From the NCBI GenBank assembly GCA_041690135.1, contig JAWLHY010000001.1, positions 1,504,001-1,568,000 of the forward strand: DNA of 64,000 nucleotides, in the 5' to 3' direction. Position numbers and translations under genes: made by a program. This DNA is from Armatimonadota bacterium (GTDB lineage Bacteria; Armatimonadota; SYMT01). Positions 50,115-63,108 of the stretch are shown piece by piece. The notes beneath the pieces were generated by a model, which made no database searches, had not been told where the DNA came from, and was given only the letters and a program-made list of their open reading frames with translations. Numbering within the stretch: the stretch's first letter is position 1; every line of letters begins with the position of its first letter.

Positions 50115-51395
50115 ATGAGCGAGGAAACGAGAGCAGAGACCCGGTCTACGGGTGGGATACGTATACGGCGGCGAGCCGCTGCAGAGCCGCCCGCGCCGTT
50201 AGGCTATTGTGAATTGCTCCGGGCCTTGCAGGGAGCCCTGCTCTTTGGTTTCGGCCTGTTTCTGATCTACCAGTTGGCTGGGCCGATCACATCGCTCCTG
50301 CTGCTCTTCCTGCTGGTGTTCATCCTGGCCGCCGTGTTCAATCCGGTGGTGGTGTGGCTGCACGAGCGCGGCGTGCCCCGGATCGCTAGCGCTGTCGGAA
50401 TTGTGTTGGCGATCCTCGGCCTGGCGGCCCTGATCGGTTGGTTGGCACTGCCGCCGCTTCTGAACGAGGTGGGTTCGCTCTTCCGCGACCTGCCGGCACT
50501 TCAGGATCGCCTCCAGTCTTACTACGCTAACCTCACGTCCCGCTACCCGGAGTTGGCGGCGCAGATCCCACCGCCATCGGAGTTGACCTCCAGCGTGGGC
50601 CCCTATGTCTCCCGGCTGCTGGGCCAGGTGGGGCGGTACACGGTGAACTTGCTGGTGGGCGTGGTTTCACTGGTCATCATGCTCGTGCTGGTCGTCTTCA
50701 CCCTTTCGCGGCCGGCGCCGCTGGTGACCGGCCTGTTGGCGGCGGTACCGGACACCCAGGAGCCGCAAGCCGAACGGGCCCTCCGCCGGATCCTGGAGCA
50801 GCTCAAAAACTGGGCACTCGGGTCGCTGATCCTGGGGCTGATCGTCGGCGTGATTACCGGTATCGGACTCTGGGCGCTCGGTCGGATCACCGGCCACACG
50901 ATCCCTTACATCCTGCTGTTCAGCGTTATCGCCGGCCTGGGAGAGTTGATCCCGAACATCGGCCCGATTCTTTCGGCCATCCCTCCGGTGCTGATTGTGC
51001 TGACCATCGACCCGATGCTCGGCCTCTGGGTGGCGTTGCTGTTCCTGCTCATCCAGCAGTTGGAGAACAACCTGATCGTCCCCCTGGTGATGGGGCGCAG
51101 CCTCGATCTGCATCCCGTTTCGCTCATCTTCACGGTGCTGGTGATGGGTTCGCTGTTCGGGCTTATCGGCGCCATCCTCGCGGTACCGGTGACGGCGATT
51201 CTTAAGGTCTGCTGGGAAGAGTTTTACATGCGGCCCCGGGAGAAGGACATGGACGCACTCCAGGCTACCGCGGAAGATATCGTCGAGAGCCAGCCCGGCC
51301 TCCGCGAGGGTGAAGGTCCCGGCGAAGCTCGCACCACGCAGGCGGAAGAGTCCCGCCCCTCGCGCGTGCATCGCCGCCGCCGGGCCGCATCGTAA
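50115..51395 (+). CDS. AI-2E (PerM) family transporter
   Basis: IPNIGP, QQLENNLIVP, LHP, GAILAVP. Confidence 0.9.
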   Translation: MSEETRAETRSTGGIRIRRRAAAEPPAPLGYCELLRALQGALLFGFGLFLIYQLAGPITSLLLLFLLVFILAAVFNPVVVWLHERGVPRIASAVGIVLAILGLAALIGWLALPPLLNEVGSLFRDLPALQDRLQSYYANLTSRYPELAAQIPPPSELTSSVGPYVSRLLGQVGRYTVNLLVGVVSLVIMLVLVVFTLSRPAPLVTGLLAAVPDTQEPQAERALRRILEQLKNWALGSLILGLIVGVITGIGLWALGRITGHTIPYILLFSVIAGLGELIPNIGPILSAIPPVLIVLTIDPMLGLWVALLFLLIQQLENNLIVPLVMGRSLDLHPVSLIFTVLVMGSLFGLIGAILAVPVTAILKVCWEEFYMRPREKDMDALQATAEDIVESQPGLREGEGPGEARTTQAEESRPSRVHRRRRAAS

Positions 51396-51488
51396 TTAGG
51401 TGCGAATCGCCCGAACCGTTTATAATGGCCCCTGCGGATGGAGAAGACCGTGAGCGCAACACGGCAATTCCAGGGAGAAGCAGGGGAG

Positions 51489-52568
51489 ATGAGCGAGAGA
51501 GTTTTCAACTTCAGCGCGGGACCCGCGATGTTGCCGGAGGAGGTCCTGGAGGCGTCGGCGGCGGCGCTGGTGGATTACCAGGGAAAAGGCTTCGGTATTG
51601 CGGAATGCAGCCACCGGGGCAAGGAGTTCGATCAGGTACTGGATGAGGCGATCGCGCGGTGCCGCAGTCTGCTCTCCGTTCCCGAATCCCACGACATCCT
51701 CTTTCTTCAGGGAGGCGCCACCCAGCTCTTCAGCACCATCCCGATGAACTTCCTCAACGGGACGGCCGACTACGTGGTGAGCGGCGAATGGTCCAAGAAG
51801 GCCGCCGCCGCGGCCCAGGGGTCCTACGGGGATCAGATCCGGGTCATCGCTTCCAGTGAGGATACCGGATTCGACCGCCCTCCCACCGGCTGGACCGCCG
51901 ACCCGTACGCGGCATACCTCCACGTCTGCTCCAATGAGACAGTTCACGGCCACCGACTGGCCGAATGGCCGGAGCACCCGAACCTGGTGGTCGATGCCAG
52001 CTCGGAGATGATGTCCCGCCCCCATCCGGTGGACCGGACGGCCATCATCTACGCGGGTGCGCAGAAGAACCTGGGTCCGTCGGGGGTCGTCCTCACGATC
52101 GTCCGCCGCGACCTCTACGACCGGATCCCGAAGAGTGTGCCGAAGATCTTCAATTTCAAGGTGCTGGCGGAAGCCAAGAGCTGCCTGAACACGCCTCCCA
52201 CCTTCGGCATCTACTTCTTGCTGGAAACTTTCCGCTGGCTGGACCGCCAGGGGGGCCTCGCCACCATCGAGCAGCGCAATGCGGAAAAGGCGGGCCTGCT
52301 CTACGACGCCATCGATAGCTCCGGCGGGTTCTACACCGGCACGGTCGCCGACAAGTCCGCGCGCAGCCACATGAACGTTACCTTCCGGCTGCCCAACGAC
52401 GAGTTGACTGACCGCTTTATCAAACAAGCGGCCCAGGAAGGAATGGTGGCGCTCAAGGGTTACCGCTCCGTCGGCGGCATCCGCGCCTCCATCTACAACG
52501 CCATGCCGGTCGAAGGCTGTCGCCGTCTTTCGGACTTCATGCGAGCCTTCGCCCAGGAGAACGGATAG
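51489..52568 (+). CDS. serC: Phosphoserine aminotransferase
   Basis: FNFSAGPAMLP, SHR, QGGA, AGAQKNLGPSG, NTPP, GGIRASIYNAMP. Confidence 0.96.
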   Translation: MSERVFNFSAGPAMLPEEVLEASAAALVDYQGKGFGIAECSHRGKEFDQVLDEAIARCRSLLSVPESHDILFLQGGATQLFSTIPMNFLNGTADYVVSGEWSKKAAAAAQGSYGDQIRVIASSEDTGFDRPPTGWTADPYAAYLHVCSNETVHGHRLAEWPEHPNLVVDASSEMMSRPHPVDRTAIIYAGAQKNLGPSGVVLTIVRRDLYDRIPKSVPKIFNFKVLAEAKSCLNTPPTFGIYFLLETFRWLDRQGGLATIEQRNAEKAGLLYDAIDSSGGFYTGTVADKSARSHMNVTFRLPNDELTDRFIKQAAQEGMVALKGYRSVGGIRASIYNAMPVEGCRRLSDFMRAFAQENG

Positions 52569-52608
52569 CCCCCGCTGCTTCCGGACATGTTCCAGGCACC
52601 CGTTGCGT

Positions 52609-52664
52609 CACGAGCGGTGAGGCAGGAGGTGGAGTGAAACTCCCCTGCTTTCCCACCGCTCGTG
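52609..52664. terminator. Long hairpin downstream of serC
   Basis: cacgagcggtg/caccgctcgtg, gcagg/cctgc and ggagt-gaa-actcc; no poly-U. Confidence 0.5.
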
Positions 52665-53140
52665 GCGATTCGGCCAGTGCTGTTTCCCCCACCGCTTCCG
52701 TGAGGCCGTAGGCCCCCTTCCTTTATCGGTCTCTACGCGAAGACCACTATCGATCTCGACCCAGGCAGCTTTGACTGGCCACGCGGGTGCCGGTTACCCG
52801 GACGGAGCACCCTTCGGGTGGTATGAGTTTGGAGTGGGCGATCGTCCCCAGGCCTGCGCTCGGGTATTCCGGTTTGCTATCCCATCAGGCTTCCCGAAGG
52901 GCCTCCCGAAAGAAGTGGAGTCCCCCGCGGCCCGTTCCTTTGGTCTCCCGAATCGTGCCGGCTGCAACCTCCGTGCTGTCACAGGTAACCCCAGCGGTGC
53001 TATAAGCACGATCGAACGGCAGCGCGTTGTTGCCATTTGGAAATAATTGTTCCTTACTGGAGGAATAGGTGCAGGGGATACGGTAATCCTCATGCAACAT
53101 TACAGGCGACAAAGGGGTCACTTGAAAGGCTGGGGGTCAG

Positions 53141-53476
53141 ATGCTGGACGTAACGCTCCTCATCACGCTCACTGGCGACCTGGATACGATCGAAGCGGAT
53201 CAACTTCGCAACCGTTGCCCCCCTCTGCTGCGGGATCTTCCCTCCTGCGTGGTTCTGCTGGACCTCTCGGGAATCACCTTTCTGGATGCGGCTGGCGCTC
53301 GTGCCGTTCTCTGGCTGGGCCATCAGGTGCTCATGGCCGGGCACGAGTGGGGGATCATTGCCGGCGGCAACTGGTGGGTCGACCGTGTTTTCAGGTTGCT
53401 GGGATGGTCGGAGGCCTTACCGCTCTATGCTGACTGGACGAGTGCCAGTCTCGCCTTACGTCCCCCACCCAGCTAG
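53141..53476 (+). CDS. STAS domain protein (anti-sigma antagonist-like)
   Basis: LTGDLD, LDLSGITFLDAAG, VDRVFRLLG. Confidence 0.82.
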   Translation: MLDVTLLITLTGDLDTIEADQLRNRCPPLLRDLPSCVVLLDLSGITFLDAAGARAVLWLGHQVLMAGHEWGIIAGGNWWVDRVFRLLGWSEALPLYADWTSASLALRPPPS

Positions 53477-53651
53477 CGCTCTCATATAAGTGGCCCCTAC
53501 GGACTTCCGCCTCTTGATGGCGCCTCGGTCGGCCATCAAGAGCAGAGACGTGGATTACGTTTTGCTCCTTTCGGAGATCGTGCCCGCGCTCGTCTCGCTC
53601 GTCATGGGAACGGTCGCTCTGCTTGCTGCAGCCTCAACCCTCCCGCAGCAA

Positions 53652-54275
53652 TCAAACACCCCAGTTCTTGCGCATGCGCGCGGCGATGCCGGCGGCTATC
53701 GCCTGCGCGGGAATGCTGGTGAGACAGAGGGGAAGCCAGAACAAAGCCACCCACACCATCAAGAAGAGACCTCCTACGATCCGGAAGAAGGCCTCCCCCG
53801 CCCGCAGCAGCGCCAGCCCACTCGCCTTGAGGACCCAGAACAGCGCCTCCAGCAGCCAGACGACTCCGCGCAGCAGCGCCGTCAGGCCGAGGCAGTAGAG
53901 CGCTACGACGGCCAGGCCGGCCAGCACCTGGAGCGGCGGCGTACCCACCGCCAGGAGCATACCGGCGAGCAACACCGCGACCACGCCCCACCCCCAGCCA
54001 CTCACCCGGGGCTCCGGCGCCAGCCAGGAAAACGCCTCCGGCCGCTCGTGCCAATCGGCAAACGTCTGGGGCAGTTGTCGCTTCAGGTCGGTTCTCGCTT
54101 CACCACAGCCGTCCCACAAAGCGCGGATCAATTCCAGGGTGTCGTGCCGGATCTTCTCCTGCGCGGCAGCCAGCTTCTCCCAGGACGCGATCCGGCCGAG
54201 AACCTTCTCCCGTCGCGCCTGGTCGGCCCGGAGCCCCGCTTCCAGACGCTTGCCATGCTCCTTGAGGCCTGCCAT
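53652..54275 (-). CDS. Hypothetical membrane protein
   Basis: GGAG RBS; helical N-terminus followed by several hydrophobic segments. Confidence 0.55.
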   Translation of the reverse strand: MAGLKEHGKRLEAGLRADQARREKVLGRIASWEKLAAAQEKIRHDTLELIRALWDGCGEARTDLKRQLPQTFADWHERPEAFSWLAPEPRVSGWGWGVVAVLLAGMLLAVGTPPLQVLAGLAVVALYCLGLTALLRGVVWLLEALFWVLKASGLALLRAGEAFFRIVGGLFLMVWVALFWLPLCLTSIPAQAIAAGIAARMRKNWGV

Positions 54276-54488
54276 ATAGTTCCGTTCTCCGGTGAACGCG
54301 ACACCCTTTATCGAAGCGCAAGCGCTGCTTACGGGAGATGGGCGTCTCGCCCGCCACCTGGGTGAGCCCTCGCCAAGGTCTCTCTTATCGAATCCATACG
54401 AATTATCATCTATGAACGGCCGCTGCCCCTGATTCCCAGACGTGGGAATGGACTGTGCCACTATCCTCCCGGGCCATAAAACGGAACT

Positions 54489-54523
54489 GCCCCAGAGGAG
54501 CCCCTTACGGGCTCCTCTGGGGC
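54489..54523 (-). terminator. Terminator of the PEP-CTERM gene
   Basis: 15-bp perfect stem gccccagaggagccc / gggctcctctggggc; T-rich tail on the minus strand. Confidence 0.75.
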
Positions 54524-54556
54524 GGTGCGGGGTGCGTGAACGAGAGTCCCCAAGGT

Positions 54557-55240
54557 TCAGCCCGTCCGGCGGCGCTTCAACACCGCCACCACTCCCAAAG
54601 CGGGTAGAAAGAGCACCAACGCGCCCGGCTCCGGCACGGCCGACGTTTCGTCATCCAGGCGGAGTCCGGTGAGCCCCATGGAGTAGTTGGTGTCCTTGGC
54701 GCCATATCGCGTTTCGGAGGTGGTAATGTCTTCGAAAGCATTCCCGTTGTTTGCGGGGGAAAGGTTGATGCCATTGGCGCCGAAGGTCTCGCCGACATAA
54801 TGGGCTCCGCTGGACACCAGGGGAGTTAAATGCATCCAGTATGTACCCGGGGCCAGCACGATATCCAGGTCCGAAACCTGCACCTTGGCGAATGTGCCCG
54901 TCCCCAGCGAAACACTCGACACCGCCACCGGCCTGACTCCCTCCGCCACGATGGTGCCGCCGTTGCCTGCAGACATCCCGGTCCGGATAGACCATTCCGC
55001 ATGCGTAAAATCCCCGAACGCAAGTCCGTGGTTCCACAGGCTGCTGATTCGCCAGCCGCCGGAGTCGTTCACCGTGAAGTCGTCGAAGATCCGCGTTCCC
55101 CCACCGGAGTACAGGCTGTTATAGGTGTTCAGCCCTTGCGGGTCCCCACCATACCACAGTGTAGTCTGCGCACTCGCCGGCTGTGCCCCACCCACCCACA
55201 GCGCGAGGACCACACCTAGCATCCAAGCAAGCCTTCGCAT
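54557..55240 (-). CDS. PEP-CTERM sorting domain protein
   Basis: Signal peptide (ASA); C-terminal VPEP + TM helix + KRRR. Confidence 0.92.
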   Translation of the reverse strand: MRRLAWMLGVVLALWVGGAQPASAQTTLWYGGDPQGLNTYNSLYSGGGTRIFDDFTVNDSGGWRISSLWNHGLAFGDFTHAEWSIRTGMSAGNGGTIVAEGVRPVAVSSVSLGTGTFAKVQVSDLDIVLAPGTYWMHLTPLVSSGAHYVGETFGANGINLSPANNGNAFEDITTSETRYGAKDTNYSMGLTGLRLDDETSAVPEPGALVLFLPALGVVAVLKRRRTG

Positions 55241-55734
55241 CCTCTCTTTTGCCCTCCATACTCAATCAAGCCATAGAACCACTGTTAGGCAGGCGTACAG
55301 GCGGCACCTCCGGTCCCCATTCCATCGATGGTTGCGGTCGCGGCACGGAAGTTCAACCGAAAGTTTACGTGTCTCCGCCAACAAATCGTGTGGAAGGTGA
55401 AGCAGAAGGGGGCGCCTCCGTGAGGGCATCATCACCGCCTTCAGCCCGGTTGGCAGAGCCCGGGAAGAGATCGCCGCGAAATCGCGGAGTTGCTCCGGCG
55501 CAAGCGGCGCGTCTCGCGCCTGGAGCGTGACTGTTTCGATCAGGTCATCACCGCCGCCAAGCAGGTCGACGAACCCCATCCCGTGCTCGCTACGCCCATT
55601 GAGGCCATGCCCATCCGCGTTAAGCATCACCCTGCGTTTACAAAATATCACGTATCAGTTATATATGATGTGTGATCGCCGGCTGCGATCAGAGGCAGCG
55701 GCAAACCGGCCGCTTCGGGGTCGGAGGCAACAAG

Positions 55735-56595
55735 ATGGCACGGACGATGACGGAAGGAACGGCGCGGCGGGGGGTCGGGACCGTTCGGGAAGATGAGGGC
55801 ATTCCGCGGTGGGACTACATTTCTTCGGGGGAGCGACTCACGGCCCAGCAGGAGCAATTGCTCACCCAGCGAGCCCAGGCAGGAGACGAACAGGCTCGGG
55901 ACCGCATCCTTAGGGCCAACATTCCGCTGGTCGTGTCCGTCGCCCGGCAGTTCAACAATCCTCACCTGGAGGTGGAAGACCTCATACAGGAGGGTATGAT
56001 TGGCCTGGTGACCGCAATCGAACGCTTCGATCCGGAACGGGGTTTCCGGTTTAGTACTTACGCCACCTACTGGATCCGCCAGCGCGTCCTGCGCGCCCTC
56101 GACCGTAACGGGCGCCTCATCCGCCTGCCCGTCGACGTTAGCTATGCGGCCCGCAAAGCCCAGGCGATTCGCGAGCAGCTTCGGGAGGAGACCGGCAGTG
56201 AGCCCGCCCTGGCCGACATTGCTCCCGCTACCGGTGTTTCCGAGAAGCGTCTGAAGGCGGTTTTCGAATGCCTGGAGGAGCCGCTCTCCCTCGACGCGCC
56301 GGTAAGCGATGATGCGGACCCGCTCACCCTGGATGTGGAAGACCGCGACTCGCGGGATCCGGCCGCGACCGTGTTAGAAGCGGAGCAGTCGCTGGTTCTG
56401 GAGCGCCTCCTGGAGACTCTCCCCGTGCGCGACCGCATGGTTCTCGAAAGCCGCTTCGGCCTCAACGGGTGCACCGTCCCGCTCGCCGACCTGGCCGAGA
56501 AACTCCGCATGACCCGCGAAGGCGTCCGCCAGATCCAGCGGCGCGCCCTTCTCAAACTCCGCCGCAAGTGGATGGCCACCGGCCTGACAGCATGA
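55735..56595 (+). CDS. RpoD-like alternative sigma-70 factor lacking region 1.1
   Basis: ANIPLVVSVA, DLIQEG, FDPERGFRFSTYATYWIRQ, IRLP, TREGVRQIQ. Confidence 0.92.
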   Translation: MARTMTEGTARRGVGTVREDEGIPRWDYISSGERLTAQQEQLLTQRAQAGDEQARDRILRANIPLVVSVARQFNNPHLEVEDLIQEGMIGLVTAIERFDPERGFRFSTYATYWIRQRVLRALDRNGRLIRLPVDVSYAARKAQAIREQLREETGSEPALADIAPATGVSEKRLKAVFECLEEPLSLDAPVSDDADPLTLDVEDRDSRDPAATVLEAEQSLVLERLLETLPVRDRMVLESRFGLNGCTVPLADLAEKLRMTREGVRQIQRRALLKLRRKWMATGLTA

Positions 56596-56784
56596 AATGG
56601 GATCCGCCTTCTCGCCACGCGCATGGCACGACGGACAGGCTCACCCACGACTGCAGTTTCACATGCTCGGGGTGTGCCCGCCAATGTCATGGACACGAGC
56701 CGAGCGCCCACGGAGGTTTACGCCCCGAGGGGGTGTGGACAACGTGCATTACCAAAGCCCGACCGTTCCGGGTCGGGGACTTCA

Positions 56785-56813
56785 TTGACCCACTCCAGGG
56801 CAGGTGTTACCAT
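56785..56813 (+). promoter_or_regulatory. Putative sigma70 promoter of pcrA
   Basis: TTGACC-N17-TACCAT. Confidence 0.45.
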
Positions 56814-56856
56814 GGGGCAGCCCCACCCGATCCGGCTGCCCCACACCCTGCCAACC

Positions 56857-59217
<2,361 letters not shown>

Positions 59218-59305
59218 CGCCAACCCCTGCCCCCAAGGGGCTTCAACCTTCGATACTAGAGCTTCAAACTTTCCGGCTCTGATCCCAAACAGGGGTAAAC
59301 GGTAC

Positions 59306-59725
59306 CTACTCCCGGGAGTATCCCAGGATATACCATTTCCCTTGCACCAGCACCCACTCCAGCTTGACGGTGAGCGGGTTCCCCGCTCCATCTTTGCCGT
59401 CCAGCACTACTTGCCGATGCTGGTGGTCGTGACCATCGGCTAGCTTCACCGGCTTCCGGTCGCCATAAACCACTTCATCGGGTAGCACGTCTTTTAGCGC
59501 CTTCCAGGCTCCTGTGAACATGGTCTCCTGCTCGAAGGGGTCCTCATCCGGCATCCGGTACTTGCTGAAGAAGCGGTGGAACATCTCCTCATCCCCCTTC
59601 TTCACCTGCCGCGCCACCGTCGCAGTTAGCGCCCGCACGTCGTTTTTCGCTTCGTTCATCACGATCCACAGGCTTAGCGGGACCGCCATCACCACGATCA
59701 GGATCGCCAGGTTACGCAGGCTCAT
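59306..59725 (-). CDS. Hypothetical membrane-anchored protein
   Basis: GGAG RBS; N-terminal TM helix. Confidence 0.65.
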   Translation of the reverse strand: MSLRNLAILIVVMAVPLSLWIVMNEAKNDVRALTATVARQVKKGDEEMFHRFFSKYRMPDEDPFEQETMFTGAWKALKDVLPDEVVYGDRKPVKLADGHDHQHRQVVLDGKDGAGNPLTVKLEWVLVQGKWYILGYSRE

Positions 59726-59972
59726 CAATCATCTCCCCCGCGTGATTCTGGCAGCAGACGATCCGTTCCCCAGGCTTCCGCCGCCGGCTCCAGCCTCATA
59801 ATTGCTGTCGGGAATGTGCTCTCGCCTTCCCCGCCATCGATCCCTGGCGTCGTAGGGCCTCATCCCGTGGCGTCAGGGTATTCGGCTTAACCCGTGTCCT
59901 CTCCGGGTAGCAACCGATAGAAGCAATAAATGTTTGCTGCCGGGCGGGGAGAAGAAGGCGAGGAGGGACGAG

Positions 59973-61100
59973 ATGGGCCGTGGAGTCCGGTTACTGGAAG
60001 TATTCGATATCGAGATCCGGCTGGACTATTCCTGGTTCCTGATCTTCTTTCTCCTGATCTGGAGTCTCGCGATGGGCGTCTTCCCGGCTGCTTACGACTT
60101 CGCGCCGGGGATGAACTGGCTGTTGGGGATCGCCGGCGCGGTGCTGCTCTTCACCAGCGTGCTCCTTCACGAGCTTTCCCATGCTCTGATGGCTCGGCGG
60201 TTTGGGATAGACGTGCACGGGATCACGCTTTTCCTCTTTGGAGGGGTAGCGCAGATCAAAAGTGAGCCGCCCTCTCCGAAGGCGGAATTCTGGATCGCAG
60301 GCATCGGCCCGGTCGTGAGCATCCTGATCGGCGCGGCCTGCCTCGTGGGCGCGTGGGTCACGGCTATCGCAGAAGTGCTGCGTCCCGTGGCGGCGTTGCT
60401 GCTTTACCTGGGACAAATCAACCTGATCCTGGCGGTGTTCAACCTGATCCCGGGTTTTCCACTGGATGGCGGGCGGATCCTGCGGGCTGCGGTCTGGCAC
60501 TTCACCGGAAGTTTGCAAAAGGCTACGCAGTGGGCCTCCATCGGGGGGCAACTCTTCGCCTGGTTCCTCATCGGCGTGGGCGTGTTCCAGATCCTGTTCG
60601 GCGGCAACTTCGGCGGTTTCTGGCTAATCCTGGTCGGTTGGTTTCTCAATACCGCGGCCCAGGGCGCCTACCAGCAATTGCTGCTGCGGCGAGCCCTCAG
60701 CGGGGTGCCGGTGGCCGAGGTCATGGTCCACGATGTGCCGATGGTCGACGCGGAAATGCGGGTGTCGCAGTTCGTGGAGCACTACCTGCTGCGGCGCGAC
60801 TACAGCGTCTATCCTATCGCGCGGGAAGGTGAGTTCGTCGGTGTCGTCGGCCTGGATGAGGTCCGAAACCTGCAGCGCGATCACTGGGGCGTGACCAGCG
60901 TCGGGGCCATCGCCCGCGAGCCGAGCCCGGACCGCATGATCGCCGAGGATGAGGATGCATTCGATGCGCTGAGTAAGATGCTGGAAACCGAGGCCCCGCG
61001 CCTGCTGGTGATGCGCGATGGTCACCTGGAAGGCATCGTCTCGCGGGACTCCATTCTTCGCCGCATTCAGCTTCGGGGACGACTTGGGCTCCCCGTCTGA
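59973..61100 (+). CDS. Site-2 protease (M50) with CBS domains
   Basis: HELSH, FNLIPGFPLDGG, C-terminal CBS pair. Confidence 0.93.
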   Translation: MGRGVRLLEVFDIEIRLDYSWFLIFFLLIWSLAMGVFPAAYDFAPGMNWLLGIAGAVLLFTSVLLHELSHALMARRFGIDVHGITLFLFGGVAQIKSEPPSPKAEFWIAGIGPVVSILIGAACLVGAWVTAIAEVLRPVAALLLYLGQINLILAVFNLIPGFPLDGGRILRAAVWHFTGSLQKATQWASIGGQLFAWFLIGVGVFQILFGGNFGGFWLILVGWFLNTAAQGAYQQLLLRRALSGVPVAEVMVHDVPMVDAEMRVSQFVEHYLLRRDYSVYPIAREGEFVGVVGLDEVRNLQRDHWGVTSVGAIAREPSPDRMIAEDEDAFDALSKMLETEAPRLLVMRDGHLEGIVSRDSILRRIQLRGRLGLPV

Positions 61101-62179
61101 TGATCGGTGGACGGGAGAACGGGTTTTCGCGGGAGGGAAGTACTGTGGGCAGGTCAGTGGGGCGGCAAGGGTCACTGGCGAAGCCGCGTCGGGACGGCGA
61201 ACATCACGGAGGGGAGAACCAGTCGCCGGCACGCCGGCAGTCGCCCGGCCGGCGCTGGGGTTGGCGTTATCTCTTCCATGCGTTGGTGCTGCTGGGGATC
61301 GGTCTAGCCGGGCTGAAGTATATCAACGGGGAGCTTTTCTGGGATGCCGTGCACCGCTTCCGGTGGACCTACGCTCCGCTGATCCTGGGCTTGACCTCAC
61401 TCTACGTCCTGGTGAAAGGTCTGCGCTTTGTTCGGCAGTTGCGGGAACTGGTGCCGGCTCGCCGCAGCATTATCATGCGCGCCTATGTGGCCGGTCAGGC
61501 GTGTACCCTGCTCCCGGCCGGGGCCACGGTGCGGGCCGGTCTCCTCGAGCAGGTGGGGGTGCCGGTAAACGATAGCGCGGCCTCAATTGCCGTCTCGAGC
61601 CTTTCCGATCAGGCCGTGCTCCTCTTTTGCGCGCTCCTCTCGGCCCTCTGGTTCGAGGCCGCGCGCGAGCCGGCCATGATGATCCTCACCGGTTTGGCCG
61701 TCACCAGCGTGCTTCTGGGGCTGGAAGCCACGCGCACCTGGCTCCTCTCAATGATCGAAGCGATCCTGGGGAGGATCCAGCTTCTGGATCTCTGGCATCG
61801 TTTTCTCGAGTCGATGTCCGAGATGTCGTCCGTCCCGCTCTGGTTGGGGAGTATTGCAAACGCCGCGGCGGCATTCGCCCTCATGGTCCTGGCACTCCGG
61901 TTCGCGGTGGAGGGTGTAGGCGCCGATATCCCGTTCTCGGTGCTCATCCTCGCATTCACCCTGCCCACCTTTCTTGGCCGGATTTCCGCGATGCCGGCGG
62001 GAGTGGGCGTTACGGAAGCGGGAATGATCGGCATCCTCGACGCGGCGCCGCACGTTACGGCCGATCAGGCGGCGGCGGCCACTCTCATCTTCCGCATCGG
62101 CACGGTGGTCTTTGCGGCGATCGTGGGCGGGCTGGTCTACCTGCTTGCCTGGCGCCGTGTTGCGAGGCGAGCCTCATGA
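61100..62179 (+). CDS. Lysylphosphatidylglycerol synthase TM-domain (flippase-like) protein
   Basis: Multi-TM; PAGVGVTEAG and TLIFR. Confidence 0.85.
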   Translation: MIGGRENGFSREGSTVGRSVGRQGSLAKPRRDGEHHGGENQSPARRQSPGRRWGWRYLFHALVLLGIGLAGLKYINGELFWDAVHRFRWTYAPLILGLTSLYVLVKGLRFVRQLRELVPARRSIIMRAYVAGQACTLLPAGATVRAGLLEQVGVPVNDSAASIAVSSLSDQAVLLFCALLSALWFEAAREPAMMILTGLAVTSVLLGLEATRTWLLSMIEAILGRIQLLDLWHRFLESMSEMSSVPLWLGSIANAAAAFALMVLALRFAVEGVGADIPFSVLILAFTLPTFLGRISAMPAGVGVTEAGMIGILDAAPHVTADQAAAATLIFRIGTVVFAAIVGGLVYLLAWRRVARRAS

Positions 62180-63054
62180 GCGGTCGCTGCGCCATACTTG
62201 TGAATGACCGGGCCGGCGCGCTCCAGGCCACGGCGAGCATCGATCATCTGCGCGAGCTTATCGAAACGCTCGGGATCGACGCGGAAGTCATCGGTACGAA
62301 GTCCGCCGAGGACATGTGCCTGCGCATTCGCGACCTGCTTTCGTCGGGCGTTCGCCGCATCGCGGTGGCGGGGGGAGACGGCACCATTCACCACGCCGTA
62401 CAGGAGCTGGCGGGGAAGGACGTGGTCCTGGGGATTATTCCGCAGGGCACGGCTAACAACTTTGCGACCGCGCTGCGAATCCCCCAGGAACTCCCCTCCG
62501 CCCTCCGCACGCTCCAGGACGGCGAGGTCCGCGAGGTTGACCTGGGCTGCGTGCGCGGGGAGTACTTTACGGAAGCGGCCGGGGTCGGTATGTTCGCCGA
62601 CGTGCTTGCCATCTACGGCACGGGAACCAATAAAGACATCCTGCGCGGGATTTATTCCATCGGTCGCGTGCTGTTGTCGTTCCGTCCGCGGCGCATCCGT
62701 CTCTGGCTCGATGGAGAACTGCACAGCGAGCGGGCCGTGATGTGCACGGTAGCCAACTCCTTCCGGATGGGCATGTCCGCGCCGATGGCACCGAACGCGA
62801 AGGTCACCGACGGTAAGCTGGACGTCGTGATTGTAGGCGACCTGACCCCCGGGGAATACCTTTCTTACTACCGGGCGCTGCGGGCGCAAACCCATCTCGG
62901 GTTGCCCAAGGTCAGCTCGCTCCAGGCGCGGCATGTTCGGATCGAATCCCGACGGCCCATGAACGTCCATTGCGACGACCATGTGATCGGAGCTACCCCG
63001 GTGACGATCACTGCCGTCCCCAGGGCGCTGAAAGTGCTGGTGGCACCGTTGTAG
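62176..63054 (+). CDS. YegS/DAGK-family lipid kinase
   Basis: AGGDGT, PQGTANNFA, DLG, DGKLDV; ATG overlaps the upstream stop. Confidence 0.9.
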   Translation: MSGRCAILVNDRAGALQATASIDHLRELIETLGIDAEVIGTKSAEDMCLRIRDLLSSGVRRIAVAGGDGTIHHAVQELAGKDVVLGIIPQGTANNFATALRIPQELPSALRTLQDGEVREVDLGCVRGEYFTEAAGVGMFADVLAIYGTGTNKDILRGIYSIGRVLLSFRPRRIRLWLDGELHSERAVMCTVANSFRMGMSAPMAPNAKVTDGKLDVVIVGDLTPGEYLSYYRALRAQTHLGLPKVSSLQARHVRIESRRPMNVHCDDHVIGATPVTITAVPRALKVLVAPL

Positions 63055-63108
63055 ATGCGGGTTTCCGCCACGAGGCGACCGGACAAAATGCACCGGGGGT
63101 AATCAACG

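Noticed and set aside
52700-53130. Possible ncRNA or riboswitch in the long serC-STAS spacer (cUUCGg hairpin, tiny SD-led ORF)
   Set aside because: Only isolated short hairpins and no recognisable family consensus; needs an Rfam scan.
55262-55651. 129-aa minus-strand ORF upstream of the PEP-CTERM gene
   Set aside because: No recognisable motif or convincing RBS; cannot be supported.
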